A stretch of 59,523 bases of DNA from a virus: IMG/VR virus record IMGVR_UViG_3300045988_121485; one strand, given 5' to 3'. A program made the position numbers and the translations under genes. Positions 44,001-53,450 of the stretch are shown here, one piece after another. Each line of letters opens with the position of its first letter. Position 1 is the first letter of the stretch. The notes under the pieces are model-generated. The model had not been told where the DNA came from and made no database searches. It was given only the letters and a program-made list of their open reading frames with translations.

Positions 44001-44297
44001 ATGCGAGCAAAAGGTACAATAATCAAGTTGGCAATCTCCATCGACCTCCCTTCGGGGCTGACGATGGATGATGTGGACTTCCAATGCCGCTTCTTTGTCT
44101 TCTCCGCCTCACAGACGATAGAGAAGTCTAAGATGGTACGCATTAATGAGAACAGCTACAGCTGCTATGTTGACACAAAGATTATCGGATCGGGGGAAAT
44201 CTGGCTGGAGACTACGGCTTACCTTCCTGACTCCGACTATGAAGGCGGAACAAGAGTAGAGGTAGATAAGATGAATACCGGTATAAAGATAGTGTAA
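44001..44297 (+). CDS. Small fibre-module protein
   Basis: 98-aa ORF. Confidence 0.35.
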   Translation: MRAKGTIIKLAISIDLPSGLTMDDVDFQCRFFVFSASQTIEKSKMVRINENSYSCYVDTKIIGSGEIWLETTAYLPDSDYEGGTRVEVDKMNTGIKIV

Positions 44298-44298
44298 A

Positions 44299-44547
44299 AT
44301 GGGATGTATATCTGTACATATCGAAGCTATCAAGGGCATTGGAAATGTCTCGGTCAAAGCTGATGAGATGAAGGTTTCCGCTTCGGCAACGGGCATGAAG
44401 GTGTCGATAGGAGTTGTCTGTGATGTTGGTAAGCAGGCTTATTTAAAGGTGGACCCTGAATATATATGGCTGATGCCTTCGAATAACTTTGAGGATAACG
44501 TCGATGTGTTGTCCAATGTGGTATGGCAGGCTGTGCAGGAAGAATGA
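44299..44547 (+). CDS. Small fibre-module protein
   Basis: 82-aa ORF, 1-nt spacing. Confidence 0.35.
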   Translation: MGCISVHIEAIKGIGNVSVKADEMKVSASATGMKVSIGVVCDVGKQAYLKVDPEYIWLMPSNNFEDNVDVLSNVVWQAVQEE

Positions 44548-44584
44548 TATAGTTAATTGAATTGTTTTATTTAAATGTTGTATT

Positions 44585-45193
44585 ATGGCAAAACCTAGTT
44601 GGTTAAAATTAAATCCGTCTACCGGATCTGGTAACGGAACAATTGCGAATAGCGCGGACGCTCATACTGGGCGTACAGCTCGTACTGGTACAGTAACGGT
44701 TACCGGTGTTGGTGTTTCCACTCCTTCAACTTATAAGGTGACTCAATCTCCGAAATCTGAGTTTGCTTCTTTTGATAACGGTTCGGAAATGTCTGCTCCC
44801 AAGACAGCGGGTACTGTGACCGTAGAGGGTAAAACAAACTCTTCGAAATTGACGTTTGCATGGGCGGGGAGTGTAGTTGATGTTACCTTGCCTGCAAAGT
44901 ATAATGCCAATGGAACGCAGACTAACAATGCGGCTACTATTTCTGGTGATCCGGGAGCTACCGCAGAGTTTCCCTTTTCTATTGAATTGGAATTTCCTAA
45001 AAATGATACTATCGAAGAGGTCGTTAGAACCTTAAAGGTGACGGCCAATGGCGGACAAGCTGCTCAGATTGCTATCAAACAGGCTGCCGGTGATGCTACA
45101 TTGTCTGTTTCTCCGGCTGAGATTACTATTCCTCAGAGTGGATCTGCTGTATCCGTTAATGTTACGTCTAACACTTCTTGGACTGCTGCGTAA
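44585..45193 (+). CDS. BACON-like Ig-fold repeat protein
   Basis: SWLKLNPSTGSGNGTIANSADAHTGRTARTGTVTVTG...YKVTQ and LSVSPAEITIPQSGSAVSVNVTSNTSWTA resemble BACON repeats. Confidence 0.5.
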   Translation: MAKPSWLKLNPSTGSGNGTIANSADAHTGRTARTGTVTVTGVGVSTPSTYKVTQSPKSEFASFDNGSEMSAPKTAGTVTVEGKTNSSKLTFAWAGSVVDVTLPAKYNANGTQTNNAATISGDPGATAEFPFSIELEFPKNDTIEEVVRTLKVTANGGQAAQIAIKQAAGDATLSVSPAEITIPQSGSAVSVNVTSNTSWTAA

Positions 45194-45465
45194 TGAGCAT
45201 ACAGATTCCTTGGAAAGAAGGAGAAGGCAACATCGTTATCACTCCCGGTTCCAATGGGACCGCAAGCGCATCAAGCGATGTTGCCAATGAAGGACTCGAC
45301 AGGGAGCAGACTGTTGTGTTTAGGACAACTAATAGTGGAGTACAGGCATCTGTCTCCACTACCATCTCGCAAATAGGAAAGAGGCAGGCGTTTGCTGTTG
45401 CTGAAGGTCGTTTCTTTCTTTCGGATGGAAGTACGTTTAATGTGATTAAAAAAGAGTTTGCATGA
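45193..45465 (+). CDS. BACON-like small protein
   Basis: IPWKEGEGNIVITPGSN...NEGLDREQTVVFRT...ISQIG; TAATG overlap. Confidence 0.4.
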   Translation: MSIQIPWKEGEGNIVITPGSNGTASASSDVANEGLDREQTVVFRTTNSGVQASVSTTISQIGKRQAFAVAEGRFFLSDGSTFNVIKKEFA

Positions 45466-45866
45466 GTGATTATAATAGCGGATTTACAGGGGATAGAGTT
45501 GTAGAATTGCTGAACATGATTCCCAACTTGGCAAAGGCAGACTTGTCTAACGCTATGACTGTATCATTGGGCCAGAACGGATATGCTAAGTTTAATAATG
45601 GTTTATTGATACAATGGGGTTACAAGACAGCAAGTTCTAGTGGTACTAATACTGTTTATACGCCAATAGCATTTTATAATGGTGCCTATGTTCCCATTGT
45701 TACTTATCGTGAACCAGGCAACGGTATGAACATTGTTACGGGTTTAATTACGATAATACAAACTAGTTATTTTACAGTAAGGACTAGATATACAGTGGGA
45801 GATTCAAACGGTACCGGTGCAGGAACTAATGACTTTTATTGGATAGCCGTTGGGCGTTGGAAATAA
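45462..45866 (+). CDS. Tail-fibre tip-like protein
   Basis: GYAKFNNGLLIQWGY...YTPIAFYNG...FYWIAVGRW resembles gp53-like fibre C-terminal domains. Confidence 0.4.
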   Translation: MSDYNSGFTGDRVVELLNMIPNLAKADLSNAMTVSLGQNGYAKFNNGLLIQWGYKTASSSGTNTVYTPIAFYNGAYVPIVTYREPGNGMNIVTGLITIIQTSYFTVRTRYTVGDSNGTGAGTNDFYWIAVGRWK

Positions 45867-45874
45867 ATAATATT

Positions 45875-46408
45875 ATGGCAAAATATTGGAAACAAGGATT
45901 CTACGATGAGCCACAAGAAGGTTCAGTAGAGATAACGGAAGAATACTGGCAGGAGCTGCTGGACGGTCAGTCATCCGGAAAGGAAATAAAGGAGAACGAA
46001 AGCGGTTATCCCGTATTGGTTGATCATGAGTATACCCTTGATGAACTAAAAGAGATGAAGATAGCGGATATTAATGCTTATGACAAGTCAGACGCTGTGA
46101 ATTCATTCACTCTCTCAGGAAAGAGAATGTGGCTTACCAAAGAGGACCGCGTAGGTCTTGTTAACTCAATCAATATTGAGAAGCAGGCCGGAAGACTGGA
46201 TACCGTTTTATGGTTTGATGCGGTAAAGTATACGATACCTGTTTCAAGTGCTCTCCTTATGCTGAACTCATTAGAGTTATACGCTCTTGATTGCTATAAT
46301 GTGACGCAGCAGCATATTGCTGTAGTTCGGGGATTGCAGACGGGAGAGGAAGTCGAGTCTTACAACTACAAGACCGGTTATCCGAATAAACTAGAGTTTT
46401 CATTATAA
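45875..46408 (+). CDS. DUF4376-like (fibre-assembly-like) protein
   Basis: Trimmed to ATG 45875; KIADINAYDKSDAVNSF...LELYALDCYNVT pattern. Confidence 0.4.
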   Translation: MAKYWKQGFYDEPQEGSVEITEEYWQELLDGQSSGKEIKENESGYPVLVDHEYTLDELKEMKIADINAYDKSDAVNSFTLSGKRMWLTKEDRVGLVNSINIEKQAGRLDTVLWFDAVKYTIPVSSALLMLNSLELYALDCYNVTQQHIAVVRGLQTGEEVESYNYKTGYPNKLEFSL

Positions 46409-46420
46409 ACAGATAAAACT

Positions 46421-46918
46421 ATGATTTTGACACTACTATCATTATTGGTTTTCGCATCTTATGTTGGTGTGATGATTTACAAGACAAAGGATATCCCTTA
46501 TTCTATTTCCGATACCTATTACATTCTGAGTAACAGGTATTGGTTCGGTATATGCATGATTCTCCCGTCTTTGCTGTTGCTTCCGGCCGCATTGGATGCA
46601 AGTACAGAAAATAGCCAGTTTTTAATCTTTCTTTCTGTAGTCGGAATGATCGTGTTGGGAGTATCCCCGAATTTTAGAGGAGCGCACAAGAAAGCTCATA
46701 TAGCCGGCGCGGTGATGTCGCTTGTATTCTCCCAGATATGGGTAGGATGCAATTCGTGGTACTGGCTGCTGCTATGGGCTGCATTTCTGATCTACGCGAT
46801 AACGTTTGTAGTCAAGAATTGGTCCGGAAACCTTATATGGGACCTGACGGCATGCAAATCGATGTTCTGGATTGAGTTAATTTCATTGCTAACCGTTTAC
46901 TTGACTTGTTTGCTATGA
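46421..46918 (+). CDS. Polytopic membrane protein
   Basis: About 5 hydrophobic segments; precedes the holin. Confidence 0.45.
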   Translation: MILTLLSLLVFASYVGVMIYKTKDIPYSISDTYYILSNRYWFGICMILPSLLLLPAALDASTENSQFLIFLSVVGMIVLGVSPNFRGAHKKAHIAGAVMSLVFSQIWVGCNSWYWLLLWAAFLIYAITFVVKNWSGNLIWDLTACKSMFWIELISLLTVYLTCLL

Positions 46919-47367
46919 AGGAAGCTATAGTACATACAACTACAGGCGGATTTGCAGCAATCGCTACCGCATTTGTTTCCGAGTCATTGCAGAATATGAT
47001 TCCGTGGCTGATTGTATCATGCGCGGTAATCCTTTGTGATCTTCTCTTCGGTGTCAGAAAAAGTATGCTAATGGGTGAAAAAGTCAGATTCTCTCGTGCA
47101 ATTCGCGCTACTATGGGAAAGATGGTTACTTATTTTGCCTTTGTCTGCATGGTTTGCATGATCACCGTAGCAAGTCATAGCGAATATCCTATTGATGTGT
47201 ATTCCTGCTTATTGGTATGCTTCATCGAAGGGTGTTCGATTGTCGGCAATATATTGAAACCAAAGGGGGTCAATATAAATGTAATTGGAGCTTTGGGAGT
47301 CTTTGGAAAGAAGGTGTTCAAGGTTGATAAAGAAGATGTGAAGGAGATTATAGAAAAGGAGAAGTAA
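46915..47367 (+). CDS. Holin-family membrane protein
   Basis: ATGA overlap; WLIVSCAVILCDLLFGVRKS...KMVTYFAFVCMVCMI...FIEGCSIVGNILK resembles the phage_holin_4 type. Confidence 0.5.
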   Translation: MKEAIVHTTTGGFAAIATAFVSESLQNMIPWLIVSCAVILCDLLFGVRKSMLMGEKVRFSRAIRATMGKMVTYFAFVCMVCMITVASHSEYPIDVYSCLLVCFIEGCSIVGNILKPKGVNINVIGALGVFGKKVFKVDKEDVKEIIEKEK

Positions 47368-47375
47368 GTATGAAT

Positions 47376-47828
47376 TTATACACTATTATTTATGTTCTTC
47401 CCTTTTTGCTTTTTGTCATACTCTATGCATTTGCGGAGAATAAGCCCAAAAATGGCAAAAGGAGTGTAAAGAATCGCAGAAGCTTGAAGAAACGTAGTTA
47501 AAGCATGTTCATATCCTAGGATGTAATCTGAAGGAGATATAAGTAATTTAGAAGATGTCACTAATATGGGAAGAATTAGTATAAAGGCTTCTAGTTTGTA
47601 TCTTCTTTTTGATATAGAAGAACATAGACATAACCATATAAAAGAAAAGTAAATGGATAATATAGAAGAAGTTGCCGTAAATATGATTTGCAAATATACA
47701 TCGAGAGATTTAAACTCTGGTATATATAAATACAAAATAGAAAAGCATAGTGGCAGTTGTATGCAAAATCCTGTAAATACATTCTTTTGTTCAGCGTTAT
47801 AGCTTTTTATTAATTCTGAAATATCCAT
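47376..47828 (-). CDS. AT-rich antisense membrane protein inside the lysis cassette
   Basis: 150 aa, about 4 TM segments; minus-strand -7 box TACTTTTG (47846..47853) upstream. Confidence 0.5.
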   Translation of the reverse strand: MDISELIKSYNAEQKNVFTGFCIQLPLCFSILYLYIPEFKSLDVYLQIIFTATSSILSIYFSFIWLCLCSSISKRRYKLEAFILILPILVTSSKLLISPSDYILGYEHALTTFLQASAILYTPFAIFGLILRKCIEYDKKQKGKNINNSV

Positions 47829-47872
47829 AGGTGTATCATTTTTTGCAAAAGTAATAAATTATAAAATAGAAA

Positions 47873-48142
47873 ATGAATATGATAAATAAAATCAGCGCAT
47901 TAGCCGGCAAGCTTCTATCCATGATAGGCATAGACGGCATAGCCCACATTATAGTATGCCAGAATTTGGTTATGTGGCTATCAAAATATATTCCGCTATG
48001 GTTAGCGGTCGCTATAACCGTTGCGATCTTTATTCTGAAGGAAATATACGACAAGTATTGTAAGAAAAGCGAGTTTTCCATCAAGGATATTATCTGTGAT
48101 TGCGGAGGTTTGGCGTTGGGAGTATTAACATTAATTTTATAG
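47873..48142 (+). CDS. Small membrane protein (holin/antiholin-like position)
   Basis: 89 aa with 2-3 TM segments, directly before the endolysin. Confidence 0.45.
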   Translation: MNMINKISALAGKLLSMIGIDGIAHIIVCQNLVMWLSKYIPLWLAVAITVAIFILKEIYDKYCKKSEFSIKDIICDCGGLALGVLTLIL

Positions 48143-48154
48143 GAGGAAAAGTAT

Positions 48155-48661
48155 ATGAAAAGAGAAGATATAGACTCAATCATCATTCACTGCTCGGCAA
48201 CACTTGCCGGGCAAGACTTGCGAGCTAAGGATATTGACCGGATGCACCGGGCGCGTGGCTTTAATCAAATTGGCTATAACTTTGTAATTGATTTAGATGG
48301 TACCGTAGAAAACGGTCGGTCATTATCCATTGACGGAGCACATTGTAACACGAAAGGGTTTTCCGGTATTAGTTATAATAAACATAGTATCGGTATCTGC
48401 TACATCGGTGGTATGGACGCGAGTGGAAGACCGGCCGATACCCGTACTGTCGAGCAAAAAACAGCATTGCGCGAATTGATAGCGAAGCTCTGTAAAGAGT
48501 ATCCTATCATCGAGCTGCTCGGTCATCGAGATGCTTCACCTGATCTGGATGGATCGGGTGAAGTGGAACCGGCAGAATTTATCAAGGCGTGTCCTTGTTT
48601 TGATGTGCGGGCAGAGTATCCGAATTTCTTACGAAATACAGTGATAACAGCAAAAAAATAG
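48155..48661 (+). CDS. N-acetylmuramoyl-L-alanine amidase endolysin (Amidase_2/PGRP)
   Basis: IIIHCSAT...GYNFVIDLDGTVENGR...GAHC...SIGICYIGG...LLGHRD...CPCFD. Confidence 0.85.
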   Translation: MKREDIDSIIIHCSATLAGQDLRAKDIDRMHRARGFNQIGYNFVIDLDGTVENGRSLSIDGAHCNTKGFSGISYNKHSIGICYIGGMDASGRPADTRTVEQKTALRELIAKLCKEYPIIELLGHRDASPDLDGSGEVEPAEFIKACPCFDVRAEYPNFLRNTVITAKK

Positions 48662-48672
48662 GAGGAATAATC

Positions 48673-48954
48673 ATGAAAGAAACATCTATAACCTTTACAA
48701 AGGGTGAGAAGAACTATGTAAGCGATGCCGTTCAGGTAAATTCTGCGGAAGTAGGATTGCAGATTACATTTGAAAAAGGTGGTAAGCTTTGGGTGTATAT
48801 AAGCTATGACGGAGAAAACTTCCCTGTTGTAGAGAGTAGAAATTACGATAAGAAATTCGCTCGTCCGGTCGTTGGTTGCATCCCCGGACAATATCTCAAA
48901 ATCGAATGTGAAACGGAACCGGTAAAGGCTTCTATTTTTGAATCAGAAGAGTAA
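48673..48954 (+). CDS. Hypothetical protein
   Basis: 93-aa ORF. Confidence 0.4.
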   Translation: MKETSITFTKGEKNYVSDAVQVNSAEVGLQITFEKGGKLWVYISYDGENFPVVESRNYDKKFARPVVGCIPGQYLKIECETEPVKASIFESEE

Positions 48955-51140
48955 TGAACGCAATAGGATTAAATCCAATTAAGCTTGATGCGATAGGGCT
49001 TGATCCTATTCGCATGAATGCGATACGCTTGGGAGTTCCGGTAGCTTCTTCGGGCTCCGGTCGTCCCTACATCGACCCCGAATTACTCAGCCACGTCAAG
49101 ATGGCTATATCCACCTGGGGCAAGACAAACGACGACCCTGACCGGGCAATCTTGAAGGACTTGTCCGGCAACGGGAACGACATGCGCCTGCTGAACTTCG
49201 GATTTGCGGAGGGCAGTGGATATGGATTACCGGGAACCGACTTCGAAGGCTGGCTATGTACAGACGGAGTAGACGACATAATTGTATCTGTCAAGCCTGT
49301 CTCTGAGATGCTAGAGGGAAGCAATGAGTTTACTGTTATTAGTATTATACATTATATAAATGCAAATAGTGGAATTGCTACTGTCAGTAATAATTTTATT
49401 GGGGATTTGGGCGGCAAGGGTGTCTATGCTCGTAATTCTTTCAGCGCATCAGAAACAAATAAAACCGGTATATATGGATATACTTACAACATACCTGATA
49501 GAAGAAAGACAGTTATTGGCATTCTTGGAGATGAAAAAGATTATGCTATTACAGATGGAATCAATGTAAATTGTATAGATGAATTTACGGTAAACGGTTT
49601 TAGGTATAGCGATCTGAGTATCAAAGAGGTAACTCAGATTGCCTACGCAGGAGGATTCATCGCTAATAAAGTTCTGACCACTGACGAAATCAATCAGATC
49701 ATCGCCTACTATAACCTTGACCGTCCGGGACAGATCATCAAGCCTCAGTTGTACTACAACATCAAGAAGCAGGGTATCACCAACGAGAACCACGCAGAGT
49801 TCAACGATCAGTTGATCGACTTTGTAGGAGGTCACAACATCCAGTTAAACAATATCGGCTGGGAAGGAGAAAGTGGTATCAATAGTTATCCTGTAATTTT
49901 CGGTGTTAATAAGACTTGGAATGCTCAAGGTAGTAAAGAGGATGATAAATATTATATTTATACTAGTAGTGCTAATAAGTATAATATTACACAAATTAAA
50001 ATTAGTAGTTCTTTATTTTATAGTTATATAAAAAGGAATGGAGAGTTAACTAGTGATAATAAAGATATACCATCTTTTAAACTTAAAGTAACTGGATTAG
50101 ACTATGATAAATTTTACTTAGCTTATTATTATTTAAAATCATCAGATGTAGAAGTTAGGAATGTTACTGATATTACTTCTGATGGAATTTATGAATTGCC
50201 TAAATCGTTTGCTAGTGACGGAAGTTTAACTGAAACTAATTCTTACATAGGATTAAGTTTTATTAGAAAATCAGCTAATATTCCTGATGTAGTAAAAAAT
50301 GTAAATGTTACTATCGAAGTCCTCCCCACCATCGAACACGCTCTCTGTCTCGACGGAATCAACGACTTCGGCAAGGTAACCGGTCTCCCTGTTTTGAAGG
50401 ACTATACTATTTGTGCTCTTCGTAAATGGTTATATGGTGATTCTGCAACAAGTGTCGAAACTGGCTCTATCGTTTCTAAATCTAAAGCTAATCAAGGTGC
50501 TTTTATTTTAGAACAAACATTAAGTCTAAATCCTACTCGTTGTGGTACTTGGAATTTTGGTACATTTAATGCATTGACAAGTGATGATAAGTTGAACGAA
50601 GAATCATTTACTTATCAAACTAAATATAGTTATAATGGTAATCCTATCCAAGTAGGTGCAGGCGTTGACAGTGACTCTATGTGGCTAGGAACAATTAGAG
50701 ATGGCGATAGCAGATTCTCCAAATTCGCTCTTTGGTCTCTCATGCTCTTCCCCTACAGCCTCTCCGAGTTCTTATTGGAACGTCAACTGAGAAAGTACAA
50801 GGCAGGCACTCTGTATCCGGATATGATCGAGTTCAGACCGATTGTAAAGAGTAACATCCCTTACTCCTCGATCTCCTACTCAGTTAATCCGGGAGTGTAT
50901 GTAACCGAAAGCAGCACGGTAACTATCACCATAACCTTGTCAAATGCTTCTGATAAGCTAATAGGCGTATCATCTAACGCCATCAGCGACATATCCATCT
51001 CTAGAGACAATGAAACCTACGAGATAACCGGAAAGGTCACCAAATCTCCTCAGAAGATCAGCATAGTTATCTCCAGCTACTTGACAATGTTAGGTAACGA
51101 TACTTTAATTTCAAATGAAACATTAATTAAAAACGAATAA
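48954..51140 (+). CDS. Fibre/receptor-binding-like protein with two LamG-like units
   Basis: 728 aa; LCTDGVDDIIV and LCLDGINDFGKV resemble the starts of LamG/ConA-like jelly rolls; N-terminal (M/L)(N/D)AIGL(N/D)PI repeats. Confidence 0.45.
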   Translation: MNAIGLNPIKLDAIGLDPIRMNAIRLGVPVASSGSGRPYIDPELLSHVKMAISTWGKTNDDPDRAILKDLSGNGNDMRLLNFGFAEGSGYGLPGTDFEGWLCTDGVDDIIVSVKPVSEMLEGSNEFTVISIIHYINANSGIATVSNNFIGDLGGKGVYARNSFSASETNKTGIYGYTYNIPDRRKTVIGILGDEKDYAITDGINVNCIDEFTVNGFRYSDLSIKEVTQIAYAGGFIANKVLTTDEINQIIAYYNLDRPGQIIKPQLYYNIKKQGITNENHAEFNDQLIDFVGGHNIQLNNIGWEGESGINSYPVIFGVNKTWNAQGSKEDDKYYIYTSSANKYNITQIKISSSLFYSYIKRNGELTSDNKDIPSFKLKVTGLDYDKFYLAYYYLKSSDVEVRNVTDITSDGIYELPKSFASDGSLTETNSYIGLSFIRKSANIPDVVKNVNVTIEVLPTIEHALCLDGINDFGKVTGLPVLKDYTICALRKWLYGDSATSVETGSIVSKSKANQGAFILEQTLSLNPTRCGTWNFGTFNALTSDDKLNEESFTYQTKYSYNGNPIQVGAGVDSDSMWLGTIRDGDSRFSKFALWSLMLFPYSLSEFLLERQLRKYKAGTLYPDMIEFRPIVKSNIPYSSISYSVNPGVYVTESSTVTITITLSNASDKLIGVSSNAISDISISRDNETYEITGKVTKSPQKISIVISSYLTMLGNDTLISNETLIKNE

Positions 51141-51141
51141 T

Positions 51142-52341
51142 ATGGAAAAGATATTTGACATAGCAAAAGACTCCGAAAAGTCGTGGGGAGTCATTGCGCA
51201 AGGGATAGATGAAAACTTCGATGATACAGCAAAATTTATACTGGCAGATCGTATTCCGTGTGGAGATAACCTGATTACACAACCTGCAGAATTATCTGCT
51301 GGTTGGAGTTATGAAGATGGTGTGTATACTCACGCAAGCGGATTCGATAATGCTCTAGTTTTTGCACTAGCTACTACCAATGGGAAAAGATATCTTGCCA
51401 AATTAACAAAAGGTATAGAAGGCAATGAAAATTCAATACAGGTAGGTATCGGAAATAAGACACCGATAGATACGTATAATGGCAATCTGATAGCCTATAT
51501 TGGAATGATTAGTGACGGTGGTTCTTTGAAAGTATACCCGTCAGCCAAATATGCGTCAACTTTGGAAATTGAGTTATATGAGGTGGTTGATAAGTCATCT
51601 GCTAGTCAATTCATAACTTACGGTCGGCAAAATATATATATAAATATAGGGGATAATGATGTATCAAGCTGGTGGAATGTAGCATTGGGATATAATACAC
51701 TTAAGAAATCTGAAAACTCAACGAGATGTATTGGCATAGGAACAAATTCACTTTCTGAATTGATTTCCGGCTCTCGTAATATTGCTATTGGAACCTATTC
51801 TTCTGCATATATACCGAGTGGTAAGGATAATGTCGCAATAGGTGCAGACACTCTTTATCCATCCAGAAAAGAGTGTAATAATAATGTCGCAATTGGGAGA
51901 TCGGCATTAGGAGGAATTGAACATCAGGAATCTGTTGGCATTGGAAGTGATGCATTAGGTTTTTATTCAGGTGCAGGTTCTTCTCAATGTGTAGTTATTG
52001 GTCGTAATGCGGGTAAAAATCTAGTAGATAGTGAAGTAAAGACAGAAGGATGCACTGTTGTCGGATATGAGGCAGGGTATTATGGTAATCAAAAAAATAC
52101 TTATATAGGCTATAAAGCTGGTAGATATTGTAAAGGCAGCAATAACATCATGGTAGGTGCTAATGGTGGAGGTAGTAGTGTTAATCAATTAAACAATGTA
52201 ATCCTTCTTGGAAACAATACTAAGGCGTCAAAAGACGGTCAGATGATTCTCGGTTCGACGGCACAAACAGAGGTTATATTACTTGGAAACAAGAAACTTA
52301 TTTTCAATGAGGATGGCACCGTCACTTGGGAACAGATATAA
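51142..52341 (+). CDS. Fibre-like protein with short Gly-rich beta repeats
   Basis: Repeats IGIGTNSL / NIAIGTYS / NVAIGADT / NVAIGRSA / SVGIGSDA / VVIGRNAG. Confidence 0.45.
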   Translation: MEKIFDIAKDSEKSWGVIAQGIDENFDDTAKFILADRIPCGDNLITQPAELSAGWSYEDGVYTHASGFDNALVFALATTNGKRYLAKLTKGIEGNENSIQVGIGNKTPIDTYNGNLIAYIGMISDGGSLKVYPSAKYASTLEIELYEVVDKSSASQFITYGRQNIYINIGDNDVSSWWNVALGYNTLKKSENSTRCIGIGTNSLSELISGSRNIAIGTYSSAYIPSGKDNVAIGADTLYPSRKECNNNVAIGRSALGGIEHQESVGIGSDALGFYSGAGSSQCVVIGRNAGKNLVDSEVKTEGCTVVGYEAGYYGNQKNTYIGYKAGRYCKGSNNIMVGANGGGSSVNQLNNVILLGNNTKASKDGQMILGSTAQTEVILLGNKKLIFNEDGTVTWEQI

Positions 52342-52372
52342 ATCAGTTGATAGGTAATTAAACAGAAAGCGT

Positions 52373-52651
52373 ATGAAATACATTGTATTCCCCTCAGAAA
52401 ATCTAAATGCTATACCGCAAGAGATGCTCGACGAACTGCACCTGACCCCACGAAAGAGCGTTGACGGTACTCAGGTAATCATGAAGATAGTTCATTACGA
52501 AGCTCTTTTCCCGTCCATTATGACCTTGCCATTATTGGACGAAAAAGAAAAAACGGAAAATCCGATTTATCCTTATCCTACCTACGAAGGCGAAGAGTTG
52601 AATACTTTATTGTCCGGTCCGGATTGGTCTTCAGATGAAAGTATCATATGA
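52373..52651 (+). CDS. Hypothetical protein
   Basis: 92-aa ORF. Confidence 0.35.
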   Translation: MKYIVFPSENLNAIPQEMLDELHLTPRKSVDGTQVIMKIVHYEALFPSIMTLPLLDEKEKTENPIYPYPTYEGEELNTLLSGPDWSSDESII

Positions 52652-53112
52652 AATCTCTTCCTTGGATATTAGTCTGCCTGCTTGTATGCGTGGTCGTGTG
52701 GATGCGTTGTAATCCGCACGATCCTTCGACTGTCTATGTAAAGGGAGATACGATAAGAGTAAGGGACACTATAGTTGACATCGTGCTTATGCCGGTAAAG
52801 GAGACCTTAAAGCATACCGATACGGTGTATTTACCGATTATAGTAGATACCACTACCGACAGAACCGTAGAAGGCGACTCGGTTCCGGTGATTATACCGA
52901 TTACAAGCAAGGAGTATAAGACTGATAATTACCGTGCAGTGGTTAGCGGTTATAAGCCCAGCCTTGACTTTATGGAAATCTACGGAGAAAAGGAAATCAT
53001 CACTCTAAAACCGAAGCAAAAACGCTGGGGCCTTGGCCTGCAATTTGGATACGGCTATCCCGGTGGATTGTATGTCGGTGGTGGAGTTAGTTATAATTTA
53101 TTTATGTGGTAA
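52648..53112 (+). CDS. N-terminally anchored membrane protein
   Basis: LPWILVCLLVCVVVWM anchor; Gly-rich C-terminus GLQFGYGYPGGLYVGGGVSY; ATGA overlap. Confidence 0.4.
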   Translation: MKSLPWILVCLLVCVVVWMRCNPHDPSTVYVKGDTIRVRDTIVDIVLMPVKETLKHTDTVYLPIIVDTTTDRTVEGDSVPVIIPITSKEYKTDNYRAVVSGYKPSLDFMEIYGEKEIITLKPKQKRWGLGLQFGYGYPGGLYVGGGVSYNLFMW

Positions 53113-53388
53113 TACCGGCACTATCTTCACAGACCGTTTCCGGTATGAAAAGTTTAAGTTGTATTTATATAACAATTTCCATTGGAAAAAGGTTTATTAA
53201 GAAAGGAGGACAAAATGAGACATTAATTGATTATTAAGCACTAAGTTTCCGGTAAAGTAGAAGGCCGGTTATCACTAACATAACGTTTTCCTGACATTAA
53301 GAAAACGATAAAATAACTCTTTTGGGGGATAGAGTAAAAAAGAACCCCCAACACTGAAAGTTGACGCCAATCGAACTTTTTAGCATAC

Positions 53389-53450
53389 CAAAAGCATACA
53401 TAGGTAGTGTCGGGGGTATAATATCCTTAACATTCCTATATATGCTTTTG
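53389..53450 (+). other. Long hairpin (16-bp stem, one mismatch, 30-nt loop) followed by a T-rich run
   Basis: CAAAAGCATACATAGG ... CCTATATATGCTTTTG, then TTTATTT. Confidence 0.55.
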
